A stretch of DNA of 64,000 nt, from NCBI GenBank assembly GCA_964234715.1, contig OZ174280.1, one strand, 5' to 3'. This document shows positions 50,202 to 63,100 of this stretch, in pieces. Origin of the DNA: Podarcis melisellensis. Taxonomy: Eukaryota. Positions within the stretch are counted from its first letter, which is position 1, and each line of letters begins with the position of its first letter. The notes under the pieces were generated by a model. That model ran no database searches, was not told the DNA's origin, and saw only the letters and a list, made by a program, of their open reading frames with translations. The position numbers were made by a program, and so were the translations under genes.

Positions 50202-50809
50202 ATATTGTTAGCCTGAGAAAATAACCTGTATCTAGCACCAGAGATGCCAAACATTACAAGTCCAGATGGCTTCTTGTTGAGCCGAAGATAAGTGGGTTTT
50301 TTAAAATACTGTAAGCCCTACATTTGTACCTGCATCAAAATATGCAAGAGGGGTTTCACTTCTTAAGGAATTGATGCTACTGAAGAAGAATATCATGGGA
50401 ACTCACATTTCCCTGTGTCAGCAGAATGTCACTACTCTAAATGCATAATGTGATATGAAGCAGACAGCGTTTTGGAAAATGTCTGACATAATGCATTGCT
50501 GGAAGGTTTTCCACCTACTATGTCCTCTAGATGAAAGGTCCTCTTACCTTTTCTTTCTGTTTTCTCTATGCTTAGTTCTAGCACTTAGGTGAGACGAGGA
50601 AGGTAAGGTATTAGCATCACCAACCATGAGGCCACAAAGCCGGACTCCTGTTTTAGCGGCATTGCTGCCACTTACCCTGACTTCACATCCTCCTGATAAT
50701 TGTTGAAATTGGGGTGGTTCAGGTGTAACAATGGGAGCAAAAAGTCAATTCAAATGAAAATTGGGAGGTTGGGGGCTGGACTGAGAATGCAAGAAGTCAG
50801 GCAGGCAAG

Positions 50810-50810
<1 letters not shown>

Positions 50811-50861
<51 letters not shown>

Positions 50862-50866
50862 TAGAC
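50811..50866. repeat. (GACA)n microsatellite
   Basis: Seen directly in the sequence. Confidence 0.9.
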
Positions 50867-51291
50867 ATGATCACAGACTGGGACACAAGGAGGAACCAAT
50901 AGCAAGGGCAAAATGAGAAAGTGGTTGGCTAGGCCCTGACCCAGGCAAACACCCTAGCATGACCTACAACTATGTATATCAGGACTAAACCAGTAAGAAT
51001 GAATGGGATATCGGAAGTGAGAGAATGAGGAAGGAAGAGGACTGTGGCAAAGGACTTGCTTGACATGCAGAAGCTACCAGGTTCAGACCCTAGTACCCCT
51101 TGGCACGGCTGAAATAATATTTCCCCTTCTCCTCTCTCCCCAGGAATCTCCTGATTTGAATCTTGGCTGATTTTGATAAGGGAACATGCAGTTGTTTCTA
51201 CCTGCCATACAGTTTGGTAGGGGGTCAAAGTGGAGGCAGGAGCCACATTGGATATTTGTGGCTTCCAAGGATCTAATGAGCCAGGAGCAGA

Positions 51292-51481
51292 GAAATGTGC
51301 CACATACTAGGTCAGAATATTTGTTCATCTAGCCCAATATTGTCTCTTCGGATTGGCAGCCGCCAATCTACCTGGTCTCATACAGCGGTTTTACACAACA
51401 GCTGCTCAACTCATCCTGTTTACTTGGAAATGCCAGGGATTGAAACAGGGACCTGCAAAGCAATGAGTTATGGCCTCTCCC
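51292..51481 (-). mobile_element. Squam3-like SINE, degraded
   Basis: Contains catctagcccaatattgtct and ggaaatgccagggattgaa..tgagttatggcctctccc. Confidence 0.6.
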
Positions 51482-54376
51482 TAGCAACAAACTTAGCCTG
51501 TGCAGAAACTGCATAGGCCCTGAAGAATTCAGTTTTAATTATTTTATCAAAGCTATTCTTTGAAGTATAAATAACTCTCAAGATAAAGAACAAGCTGGTG
51601 ACCTCACTTAGGTCTAAAGGCAGTTCTATGATTTGTAGGTTGTGATTCTGTGTTGTGTTTTTTTGGGGGGGGGGTTAAATCCTAATTACATTTTTAAAGT
51701 TACATTCATGGAATGAAATCTTTAGCTTTTATAAACTAGTGTAGATTGATTAAATTCAGATTCCCTTTGGCTTCACCATGTTACCAATCTGTCTGATGGA
51801 TGCTTACTTAGGTGGAATAAAACCCACTGTTTTGCTTCATCTTTTTTAAAAATTGTAGATTAGATGCAGGATAGGCCTACAAAGGCTTCCAGTAACAGCA
51901 AATTTGCAGTTTTCTCCATTCTCGCTTTTCCCCATTCCCTTTGCTGACTTTGCATCCTCTGCATAGTGAGACCATTATATGCGCCTAATGTAAAATAAAT
52001 ATTCCGTCGCTATTCTCATGTTACCACCTATAAAGGCAAATGTCTGTGAAAAAAATCAAAGGCAAATAAAATGTGCTTGGTTGCAGAAAACAAACCAAGA
52101 ACTATCAATGTCCTTTGGGGTTGCTCAAGCAACAGTATGCATAATACTTAGGTTTCTTCAATAATAATATCCCCCTTCTGCTTCTTCTCCCTCCCCTCCT
52201 CCATTTTTCTTCTATCTTGGCTTCCTAACTCATGTCTATATTCAGTGCTTGCCTAATACCATGCTTTGTGGATGTGTTATTAGCACAGTTATAGCCATTG
52301 CCCACTCTAAACCCAGGAGTGAGATCCCAAACTTTTACGCCGTACAAAAGTAGCAAAATTCCCTTTTGTTTGAAAGTTGTTCAAACTGTATTTATGAAGC
52401 TGGAAGACAAATACAATGGGGGGGGGGAGGGGACAAGCTCTGGCAGCCATACATTCAGCAAGTACCACAATAGTCACCCAGCAATTAAGTACCATTTTTC
52501 CAAATGATGTTTAGACTTCATGGCTTTAAAAAGATTTTGGTTTATTTGATGGCTTCTAAAACCTAAATCGCAGGATGCACTCCTCCAGAAGCAAAAGGAT
52601 CTCTATGAATCCCTACCAGTGATGCAACATGAAATTTAGCATATAACGCCATCTATTTTCATTTTGATGATATACGGGTATCAAACTGAGACTTCCTAAC
52701 AAAGATGATGGTACAACAGATGCTTTTCCTGTTGCTGGTGTTATATAAACTAGATCACAAACAGAAAACTTCTGCTGTACACAAGGAGTGTCTGTGCACA
52801 TTTCATTGTGAAATGAAATGCAGAACAAGCTGCATTTCCACATCTGTCGTCTTACAAGGGTACATGCATATAGGCATAGATGTGTACATTCTCTCTCAAC
52901 ATATCAGCACATGATGTGCTGTTAGGGTGATTAAAATATATTTAAAACCGGGCCACTTGGAGGGTATGGAGGGTATAATTTGTTTTTATTTTATTTTTTA
53001 ATTATGCTCCTGATCTTGCATGCATTGTATTAGTTAGGACTATATTGGTGAAAAAATAACTAGGAGACCAACCCAAAGTGTTTATTATACTAGCCCAGCC
53101 CACCCCCAAAATAATGACATTTAAAAAGGGTATCTCAAAATTTAGTCCAAGTTTTATCATTTTCTCAATTACTGACTTCTGCACCACTGTAAAACTACCG
53201 GTAAATGCATTCACCTTTATTTTTCCTGAGCCTTTTAAGGAAGCAATGGAGTACTGGAAGAATGCAGCTCACAAGGACAGCCGAATCCTGGATCCCACAC
53301 ATCACTCGATCTCTCATAAATTTCCAAATCTTTTTAAAAATAGGATTGCCTACCATTTGCATCTTAAAGAAGTTACCCTTTCGAAGGTTGCTTTGTAGCC
53401 TAAAGCTTTGTAGGTGGAGGTTAATGAATACTGTAAAATTCTTGTAATTTTATTTGCAAGTTACATTTTCAGGTTTTCTGGGTCTCATGCATTTCTTACA
53501 TCAGGGAACAGCACATATAATGTGGTCATAAATCTGCCCAGGTGGAGATAACTTTAGCATAGCATATTAATTTTCTTATTTAGTTCAACAGTGGTAAAGC
53601 AGGTAGGGTCTTAGGAAATGATGCCTTCTGCAAAATATGTTTCTGAGATGGAGAGCGTCTCTAGGTAGCAAAACAATGTCCACTGGCATGTGTGTATGAA
53701 TAGGTTTTGCATCCAGTTCACATATTGTGAAGCCAGCTTTCTAATACACAAGGAGACATTTGTTCTTCACTACACATTTAAGGCACTATGATCCCACTTT
53801 GAAAATGTTCTAATTACCAGCACTATTCAATTTTGTCATTAATGCCTCCAGCTCAAAAGCAGGTGTAAAAAAGCAGAAATTATACTTTGCTATTGTTCAC
53901 ATGCACACAAAATACCACCAATGCTATTTCTTAGCAGATGAATCACTTCTCATATGTAACTATATACGGTCTAAGGATGCCACCCCCACCCCTTCTTGGA
54001 ATATCTTGGTCTAGGGAACAAGCAAAGCTTTCTTTTACACTAAACTTATGCCAGAGTTTCTAGGATGGGATTTGCAATTTCCACACATAGGGATAAGGAT
54101 ATAAAGAGGTAAACAAGGGCTGATAAGCAGCTTTTCTGTTTGTAACATTTATTCTAGTTGTCCTTTCTTGTTGACCTTAAAAGGAAGGATTTTGCCAAAG
54201 CTCTAACATCCTGTCCAAGGATCAAACCCTTTCTATCTTAGGGGCTTATGGAGACTCCATTACCTTGTTATCTGAGAACCTCACAATCTGCAATGCATTT
54301 ATAGCCACAACCTCCTTGTGAGGCCAAGAAGGGTAGGTTACTGTCATCATCCTACAGACAAGAGATCAGGGGACTT

Positions 54377-54462
54377 GGGCTGCCATCCTATGCATGCTCA
54401 GCTGGGAGTAACACCCACTGAACCCAATGGGATTTACCTGCAAGTAATGCACAGGATTGCAA
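54377..54462. mobile_element. Short palindromic MITE (gcaatcctatgcatg family)
   Basis: gggctgccatcctatgcatg...ccactgaacccaatgg...gcacaggattgca. Confidence 0.55.
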
Positions 54463-54702
54463 GCAAATGGCAGGCAATGAATGAATCCTATCTTTGAATA
54501 GGAGTCATAACATGTCCATCCACCGAGCAAATGGTGTTTTCTGCTTATTGTTTTCCCCCTGAATGATCATGTAAACAGCATCACCATACTGATCACAACA
54601 CAGTGCCCTTCTGTATAGGTCTTCCTCGAACTCTTCTTTCCAAGAGGACATTAAAGAATCAGGAGTACCATGTGGAAGGGATTGCAACCTTAGAGAGTCC
54701 AC

Positions 54703-55058
54703 TTGTTGTTTAGTCGTGTCCGACTCTTCGTGACCCCATGGACCAGAGCACGCCAGGCACTTCTGTCTTCCACTGCCTCACACAGATTGGTCAAACTCAT
54801 GTTCATAGCTTCAAGAACACTGTCCAACCCTCTTTTCTTCTGTCGTCCCCTTCCCCTTGTGCCCTCAATCTTTCCCAACATCAGGGTCTTTTCCAGGGAG
54901 TCTGCTCTTCTCATGAGGTGGCCAGAACATTGGAGCCTCATCTTCAAGATCTGTCCTTCCAGTGAGCACTCAGGGCTGATTTCCTTAAGAATTGATAGTT
55001 TCATCTTCTTGAAGTCCATGGGACTCTCAAGAGTCTCCTCCAGCACCATAATTCAAAA
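54703..55058 (-). mobile_element. BovB/RTE LINE, 5'-truncated 3' end
   Basis: Translation SILKEISPECSLEGQILK..GHLMRRADSLEKTLMLGKIEG..AWRALVHGVTKSRTRLN, a (CAA)n tail, and TSD AGAGAGTCCAC / AGAGGGTCCAC (10 of 11). Confidence 0.95.
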
Positions 55059-55801
55059 AGAGGGTCCACAAAACTATGCATTTATTTCCCTTTTAAAATG
55101 TAATAAATATTCCATGTGACATGTAATGCTTGACCTAGATATGGAAATATCTCTGATGCCTTGACTAAAACATGGTTTGCAGTCTTGATTTTCCATGAAC
55201 AAGAAAATATTTTCCAAACACTTAACCCCTACCAGATTTTCACCCAAATAAATCCATGCATGTGATAAGAAGTAAAGGTGTCCCTGGACATGTCTGTAGT
55301 ACTTGCTAGGAAACTTTTGCAAAGCACAGGAAAAGGTCTAATGTGTCAGGGAGCTCTTTTGCCAAAGTCTCAGTTTTGCCAATGTGAAATATGTTCTCTG
55401 TGTTACCTTCCCAAGCCTGCACTGGAGAAGAAAAAAAAGTACCAGACTATGGAGGTAAGGGAAGGGAGTATCCTGTAAGAGGGCATAGCTAGATGGAATC
55501 TTGAACAGAAACACTCCACACAGCAATCTTTTGTTTCAGGTCTCACATTAGACCTTGTTTCCATGCTTACTCAGTATCATGCATAGGACAGCCCCATCTG
55601 CACTACACATTTAAAGCACTATGACCCCACTTTAAACAGTCATGGCGTCCCCCAAAGAATCCTGGGATCTGCAGTTTGATAAATGTGCTGAGTGTTGTTT
55701 GGAGATTCCTATTCCCCTCAGTGTGGTTTAACAAGTCAATTTCTCTCCTCAGGGGAATTCTGGGAATTGTAGGTCTGTCATGAAAATAGGGGTCTCCTAA
55801 C

Positions 55802-56513
55802 CAGTGCTTTTCTTATAGAGTACTGTCATAAGAAAGAAAATGCTCCTTTTCCATTATGGGGTACCCAAGAACCCATATAGAGTCCTTATGTAGGTTCACT
55901 ATCAGTAGGAGAAAACAGCAGAGGCCAACCAGAGAATATGGAGAAGCAAAGTGGCTAGTAAGCCTGATCTTTATTAAACTGTTGCAACAGGATGCCACCC
56001 ACCCTATGCAGCAGGGAGGAGGAATACAGAACATTGGTGCGCAAGCTCTTATATAGACTTTTTAAATTGCCACCCTCTAGCTCAAGGCCACCCCCCCCCC
56101 AATACGTCATACATACATCACTGAAGGGGCAGTCTACAGCAGAAAGCCTGTCTGCCAAGATACCCGATAATGGTCACTGATTGCTTTTACCTGGGCATCC
56201 TGGCCATTCTTTTGTGATGGTAAATGCTCAGTTCCTGAATCCAGGTCACAGGCTCACCCTATTCATGCACAGATATGCCCTTAAGACAGGATTTGTTAGC
56301 AAAGATACAATGGGGAGGTTTTCCCTTTTCCTTCCTCCTTGCAGAGAAACATTTGAGGTCAATTTGGGAGAAACAAAATGGTTTCAGGACTGTTTTCCTT
56401 TACTGTTTCAGACATGTATGTGTTTGCCTGGTACATTTATGAATATTTATTTTACATCTTAGACCTTATAATTCTCATAACAGTACCCTTGAGTACCCAC
56501 CAAAAAAGCACTG
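55802..56513. mobile_element. Tiny hAT-type element (49 bp when empty) interrupted by a solo LTR
   Basis: TIRs cagtgctttt / aaaagcactg. Flanking 8-mers CTCCTAAC / CTCTGAAC match at 6 of 8. Confidence 0.65.
55824..56482 (-). mobile_element. Solo LTR (659 bp), ERV1- or Gypsy-type
   Basis: TG...CA ends with terminal inverted repeat tgtcataagaa / ttctcataaca and a 4-bp TSD GTAC (55820-55823, 56483-56486). On the minus strand a TATA box (~56049-56055) lies upstream of AATAAA (55970-55975). Confidence 0.85.
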
Positions 56514-57724
56514 CTCTGAACAACACTCAGGACCCTTCACAAACTACAGTTTCCAGAACTCTTTGGGGGAAGCTACAACTGTTAAAAGTAGCATGATATA
56601 GCTTTGAACATATAGTGCAGATAGTACCCAAGTTCTAGTGCACCAAATGTTTTGCATTCTCAGGCTTAGCTTCACTCAACAGATACTTTTCATCGGTGAA
56701 GAATCTGGCTGTCTTTTCTCTGCTTGTTAAACTCTTTTGAAAGGGAAAAGGGAAAGAAAGGAAAGGAAGCCAAAGGGCACATCAAAATATGGTCCTGTGT
56801 GTATATTAATGTTTCCTGCTGCTCTGCTATGCGGAGACCAGCTTAGAGAGTGCAGATATCTGTCAGGGACCAAATATGATGGGCCACCCATCAGCCTTTC
56901 ATTAAATAGCACTTGTAGCCTCTGTAATTCTATCAATAGAGTAATCAGAGCTGCCATGTCTCAGGATTTGATAGAACAGCGGGAGCTGGGAAATGAAGAC
57001 TGACATTGTTAACAAAGCCACTTCTGCCACTTAATGCCGAGGGAAGCAAGCAAAAAAGTTTATTTGTCTATCCACAAAAAGAAGAGAGGAAAAAGGCAGG
57101 AGTGGCTAAGTGTGAAGTCTGGGGTGACAAGCTTTGGAAACTTTCTTTTTCTTCTACTGAGGTTGCCCTTGATCTAATCAATTCCACTTTGATATTTTGT
57201 CTGTTTTTTGCATTTATTCCACCATGGGTTGACATCATGCAATCTAGATAACCGAATTCATGAGCAAAAATAAAAGAGGGAAGGCGAAACCAGGCAGGGC
57301 AGATATTTCCCATCGAAGGAGAAAGAACCTAATTCCCTACGGAGAGGGATTTCAATGAAGAGATTTAAAAAATCAAGATGCTAATGTCAAGTCCTCAGCA
57401 AGGCAACTTTTTGAAAAAATGTAGCAAGAGGCTAAAAGGCTTAGCTTCCAACTGCAGGCGGATTAAGGATGCATACAAAGGGCCAGTGATAGGAGATGAA
57501 AGAAAGGCAACATGAAAAATCAGAAAGAAAGAAATGAGGATGAAGATGGAGAGGTTGGAGACTTAAACCAAGTTTCTGGGTTCTCTGTGCTGGTGACTGG
57601 CCTGAAGTTTTGAGGCTGGGGGAGATAGCCATGTTTTTCCATGGTTAAGCCTGCCCAACCTAATGTTAAAGAAAGAGAGAGAAAACCAGTGGCACACTTT
57701 TACCTCACACAAGTGTGGGGCCAG

Positions 57725-57950
57725 CGAGAACCAGTGTGGTGTGGTGGTTAGAGTATCGGACTAGGACCTGGGAGACCAGAGTTCAAATCCCCATTCAGCT
57801 ATGAAGCTCATGTGGTGGACTTGGACCAGTTAAACACCCACAGTCTAACCTACATCACAAGGTTTGTGTGGGGATAAAATGAAAAGGGAAATTATGTAAG
57901 CCACCTTGAGCTCCTTAGAGAAAAGTTGGGATACAAATGTAATTAATAAA
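57725..57950 (+). mobile_element. MIR-like tRNA/CORE SINE, near full length
   Basis: Contains tggtgtggtggttagagt, gagttcaaatcccc, core ctaacctacatcacaagg and tail gggatacaaatgtaattaataaa. Confidence 0.8.
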
Positions 57951-57967
57951 TTATGCCAATACCAATA

Positions 57968-58208
57968 CAGTGGTACCTCAGGTTACATACGCTTCAGGTT
58001 ACATACGCTTCAGGTTACAGACTCTGTTAACCCAGAAATAGTGCTTCAGGTTAAGAACTTTGCTTCAGGATGAGAACAGAAACCATGCTCCAGTGGCGCG
58101 GCGCAGCAGGAGGCCCCATTAGCTAAAGTGGTGCTTCAGGTTAAGAACAGTTTCAGGTTAAGAATGGACCTGCAGAACGAATTAAGTACGTAACCCGAAG
58201 TACCACTG
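57968..58208. mobile_element. Tc1/mariner (Tigger-like) MITE
   Basis: Same family as 12623-12848, with TIRs and TA TSD. Confidence 0.9.
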
Positions 58209-59850
58209 TACTAATACTAATAATACTAAAGTCCTGTTAGGCTACAACAGCATCAACATGTCCTTTGTTGGCACCTAAGGATGGCTCATTCCCCAGAAAG
58301 TTTTCTTTCTAGTCTAGAACAGATATGATTTGGGAAATATAATCAGATCCCCCCCTGCCCCAGTGGTGCTGGGGAGAGATATCCTTAGTTCTTTTTATTG
58401 TCCTGCTTTTTAGACCCTGCTTCCTCCTCCCCAAGAAGCTGCTATTAGATCCCTAGCAGGGCTAATTGCACCTTTGGGAGGCAGGGTAGATTTGGGGGAA
58501 ACAGTGCAAGGCTAAAGGGTTAAACAGCCCTCCCAGGTCATCACTGCTTTGAGTCTTTGAAAATGGAGCCTCCTCCGACCACCCAGAGCTGCTTCATGAT
58601 AGGCAATGTAGGAATCTGTTTTGTTTTGGCCCTCTGTGTTTAATGCATGGAAGAGAGACTAAGAGCCTTGTTCATTCATGAAACACATAAGCCACGTTTT
58701 GCCGAAGATCACAAGGCAGGTTACACCGACAGAATATGTGCACACCTACTCCAGATCAACTATTCAAGTCAATCTCGTGAGCCTTTGCATTCAAACACGT
58801 TCTGGGTGTCCACGGAATCCCACCTAATTTAGTGCATTTTCAGGAAAAAGAAGATAAATTGGGTTGGATCCAAACTTAATCATGCCTAGATCAGATTGAT
58901 GGTAATTTTATCACTAACTTAATTCCATTGAGTTCAACGAATCTTCCGAGTCTGATAATTCAAAATAGTAATAATAATGATAATGATATATTCATACTCT
59001 TGATGCCAAGCAAAACCTACTTGCTGGAAAAGAGATTGGGATCTGCTGTAGACCTCTGAGTAATTTGCAGCAGCAGCATCAAAACGACTTCATTCACCTA
59101 AATTGGGTTGCTGAAATAAAGAGAGGCAGGGGTAACCAGGAACGGGCAGAAGGCTGGAGCTCACACAAAACCCTGCCCCATGCTATACCAAGCTGCAGGC
59201 AGCAGAATGAATTGGGCCTAGATTGAGCCTGATGTCATCAAGCCATAGCAGAGGGGCCAGCTCAGGATCCAGCCTCTCCCTCTCCCTTGCCCCTGGAATG
59301 CCCAGACAGAAATCCTGCCAGTGGTATTCTGTTTGCCTGCACTTTCAGCAGGTGGACAGAGGCCAGAGGAGCTGTTTTGAGATGAGCAGAAAGAGATTTC
59401 CACCCCATTCAACCATCCCAACATGGCAGATCAGGAGTTTGATTGCAGCCTTAGAGACAAACCACTTCATTTGGGCATAAGCAGTTGGCATAGGAAACAG
59501 TCCGCAATGGGCTTGTGGTGTTCTGGGGAAAGACATATCTTCAGTTTGAATAAATGTATTTAATAGCTTTGAGAAGTAAGTTATAAAAGGTACTGATTTA
59601 ATACCTTTTTGTACCATATCCCAAGCAGATCTTGTAACCCCGCCCCCAAGTCAAATGTGCAATTTGTGGCCCAGTGAGCCAAATGCAGGCCACCAGCTGT
59701 GTAAGGCAGCCTGTTGAGCTCAGCAAATTCTCTTTTTGCCACACGCTTGGGATTGCACAAATGCACTTCAGGCATCCAGCAGGCTCATGACTGTTGAATA
59801 GATTTGACTTGATGAGTCACAAACTGCAAATACCCCCCTCTACAGCATCC

Positions 59851-60128
59851 TATCATCATCATCATCATCATCATCACTTATTACTTATCCCCCCCCCCCA
59901 TCTGGCCAGGCCTCCCCAGCCACTCTGGGCAGCTTCCAACAGGATATTAAAAACACAATAAAAGATCCAACATTAAAAACTTCCCTAAACTGGGCTGCCC
60001 TCAGATGTCTTCTAAAAGTCAGATAGTTGTTTATTTCCTTGACATCTGGTGGGAGGGTCTTCCACAGGGCGGGCACCACTGCAGAGAAAGCCTTCTGCCT
60101 GGTTCCCTGTAACCTTACTTCTCACAGC
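59851..60128 (-). mobile_element. L2-clade LINE 3' end (same young subfamily as 7490-8126)
   Basis: Minus translation LWKTLPPDVKEINNYLTFRRHLRAA. The 3' UTR is nearly the same as 8000-8090. Confidence 0.9.
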
Positions 60129-63100
60129 ACTATTCTAAGACACTATAGAAATTGGAATGAAGCAGGAGCTGGGCAAGAGCACACAGGCATGGAAACTGGG
60201 TTGGGATAGACAAATTTGCATAACTAAATATGATACAATAGAAGTCTGCTTCAGGGATACAAATGTCGCTAAAATCTCCCATCGTATTTTAAGTAGTGGT
60301 GGATGCTCCAAAGCTGGGATCTTCTTCCCTGTCCTTAAAGCATCTTCACTTTGTTTCAGAAACCAATAGAAGCCAACTTCAACTAAGCAGACACAATGCA
60401 TTCATCCTATTTAAATTTCCAGTAGCATGAAATTTGAGAAAAGGGTAAAAAAGAAAGAAAGAAGCTTAACCGCTTTGAGAAGGGGAGGGACTGGCTGGAG
60501 GAGAAGCAAACCACTTATTTTCCCTCAGTAAGTGTTTGAAAATTGGATAGATTGAAAACAAATGCTTAAGGATGTTTCAGTACAGCATGCTTTCTAGGAC
60601 TCTGTTTCCAAATTTTTCAGATTATATATTACAATTAAAGTAATGCTGAAAGCAGGTTAAAATGAACTCAACTGATGCCCATAACAGATTCAGGGCTATA
60701 AACGATCACAGATGTTCACATCGGCCTAGACATACCACTGGAATACAAACTCTGGTCATTTTCTAATTTCCATCATTAATACCACTAATTATATGTTTCT
60801 CAGGAGAAGATCCAAGATTTAGAATTAAGAGAGGAAATCTAGTTCATCATAATCCACTCCTTTCAATTAAGGCCATAATACACCACGCAGTAGGATTGCT
60901 AGACAGAATGATAACATTACAAATTGCTCCCTTTGAGCAATCTGCCAGGTGCCAAGTGCAGCCAGTTCTTAGACAGCACCAAAAAGGACAGAAAAGGATC
61001 AGCAAGCCTAGTTGTGCTTTCTTTCCTCCCATGTTACTTTGGAATACGTTGCTTTCCCAATCAGGGGGAATTTTAAAAGGGACTTTTCAAATTTGAGGTC
61101 ACACAATATGCTGTTGACCGCTTCCACTTATTCCACAAGGACCTGCACCAACAAAATGAAAGCATGTTCTACAGGCCAGTGGCTGCCCTGGAGGCGTAGT
61201 GATGTCTAATGTAACACTTCCGCAGCAAATACTTCACATTTGAGAAAGAGATTTTAAAACTCTTCCTGAATGGCAGAGATTATTCAGCTTTCCTTACTAA
61301 GCAGCACGTTCTGAAGAAGCAACTTTTGTTCAGAAGCCAAACCCCTTCTTGAATATATGATTATTATCTCTCCTCCTCCTCCTTCATCATCATCATCATC
61401 TCCATTATGCTAAAAAGATGACTAAAACAGTATCAGAGTGATTGTTGGTAGAGTTAAAATCAGGGACCAAAAATAAATCAATATTATTAGGACCCACTCC
61501 AAGAGGTTCTTCTTTTAATGAAAATAATAACTCTATACTCCCATCTACGAAAATGTGTAATATAATTCGCATTTGAAAACTTTCCAACTATCCATTTTTA
61601 TCAGAGTACTATTTAACCTAATAGAGCCCCAGTGTCATCTGAGGTACCTTAGGTTTCTGGTTCCTTATTCTGAACTTGGTTTCAAGTAGGGGGTACTTGG
61701 TGTAGAAAACTTGACAGCTCTTTGGAAGAAGCTGGGTCAAAAGTATCTTGTTCAATTTTCAAATGAATAAAATTGGAAAGATTTACATCCAGTTCACTTT
61801 AAAAATAAATAGGATCAAAAATGTTGATGAGTTTGTTCATTGTGACTGAGTGATTGGGTTTTTAAAGTGGGTTTGGATTTGACCTGAATTGAAACTAATG
61901 CCTTGTTAAAGGATTCTCAACTTGACAGTATCTTGCAACTGCTTAATATCCCTAAAACATAACTTGTATCATGATTAGTCTGCTAATTAATAGAAAATAT
62001 TAAATAAGGAAATTAAATTGAATGGCAATCTCATTTTAAACATCCACACTAACTTGTGTGCTGGCAACCCTGGGATAAGACAATAGTTCATGCATTAGTC
62101 AATCCCATTATTACACCAGTCTTAAGAATATATTTGCCAACAGAGTAAAATATTGGATTGGATGGCTAAAATGTTTAATTAGTTGACAGCCATAGAAATA
62201 AGAGAAATTCCCCAAAGGGAGGAGAAACAGCACTTCTGCTCTTTTTGTTCTGCCTTGAAATAAGTATCTCATTTGAAAAGGAACTTCTGGAGAGTTATGT
62301 AATGAATGTCATACAGTTGTAAAAATTGCCAAGAAAAGTCCCTGATGCTTTTCTCCCCAGAGTTGTGTACATTTCTGCTGGGGTCATAGAAGGACTGATG
62401 TTATTTGTCCAGCAAGCCCAACATCACCAACAGGATACACTGCACTAGTAAATCATGTGTCAGCTAGCATGTTTTTCCCATTTTATTCCAACCCAGCCTT
62501 CTATTTTTGGCACACCTATCAACTAATTATATATTTTCACAGGTGATATTTTGGAGATTGTTAATGGAAAACAGCCACTCTGTCCAAAATAGTGCAGAGA
62601 ATTTTTTTCTTCAGAAAAACATCTGAAACCCATTATCAAGAAAGATACATAGATTATGAAAGCAAAGAGTGTCCAGTGCTGAGGGTATTGTTGTAAATAG
62701 AGGACATCTCTGATTTTAAATGTGATAAAAAAACAGACACAAGCCAGGTAACCAAGACTTTTGGATTTAACACGAACAATTGCAGAAAACCCCCCACTAA
62801 ATTTAGAATAGCTGCTGGTGAATCCCTTAAACCTAAATAATATATAGTATGGACTTATATTCTGTCAGCAAAGACAAGATCTACCCTCAGAAATGGAGAG
62901 AGAAAAGCTTTTCAAAAGAGAGTTTTTAAATAAACACATTGTCTTTCACAACAAATTTAAAGTTAACTCTCCTCATAACTACATAAGCCACTTCTTTACT
63001 CTCTATATACAAACAGCTATAAAAACAGTAAACACATCCAGGAACTTTCCTCCCTTCTTTCCCTTAGCTCTTTAAAACAGGAAGTGACGAGATTCCTAGA

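Larger units (their letters stand above)
55591..56629. mobile_element. PIF/Harbinger-like MITE carrying two nested insertions
   Basis: TIR-like ends ccccatctgcactacacatttaaagc / gctttgaacatatagtgcagatag. The body is interrupted at 55802-56513. Confidence 0.7.
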
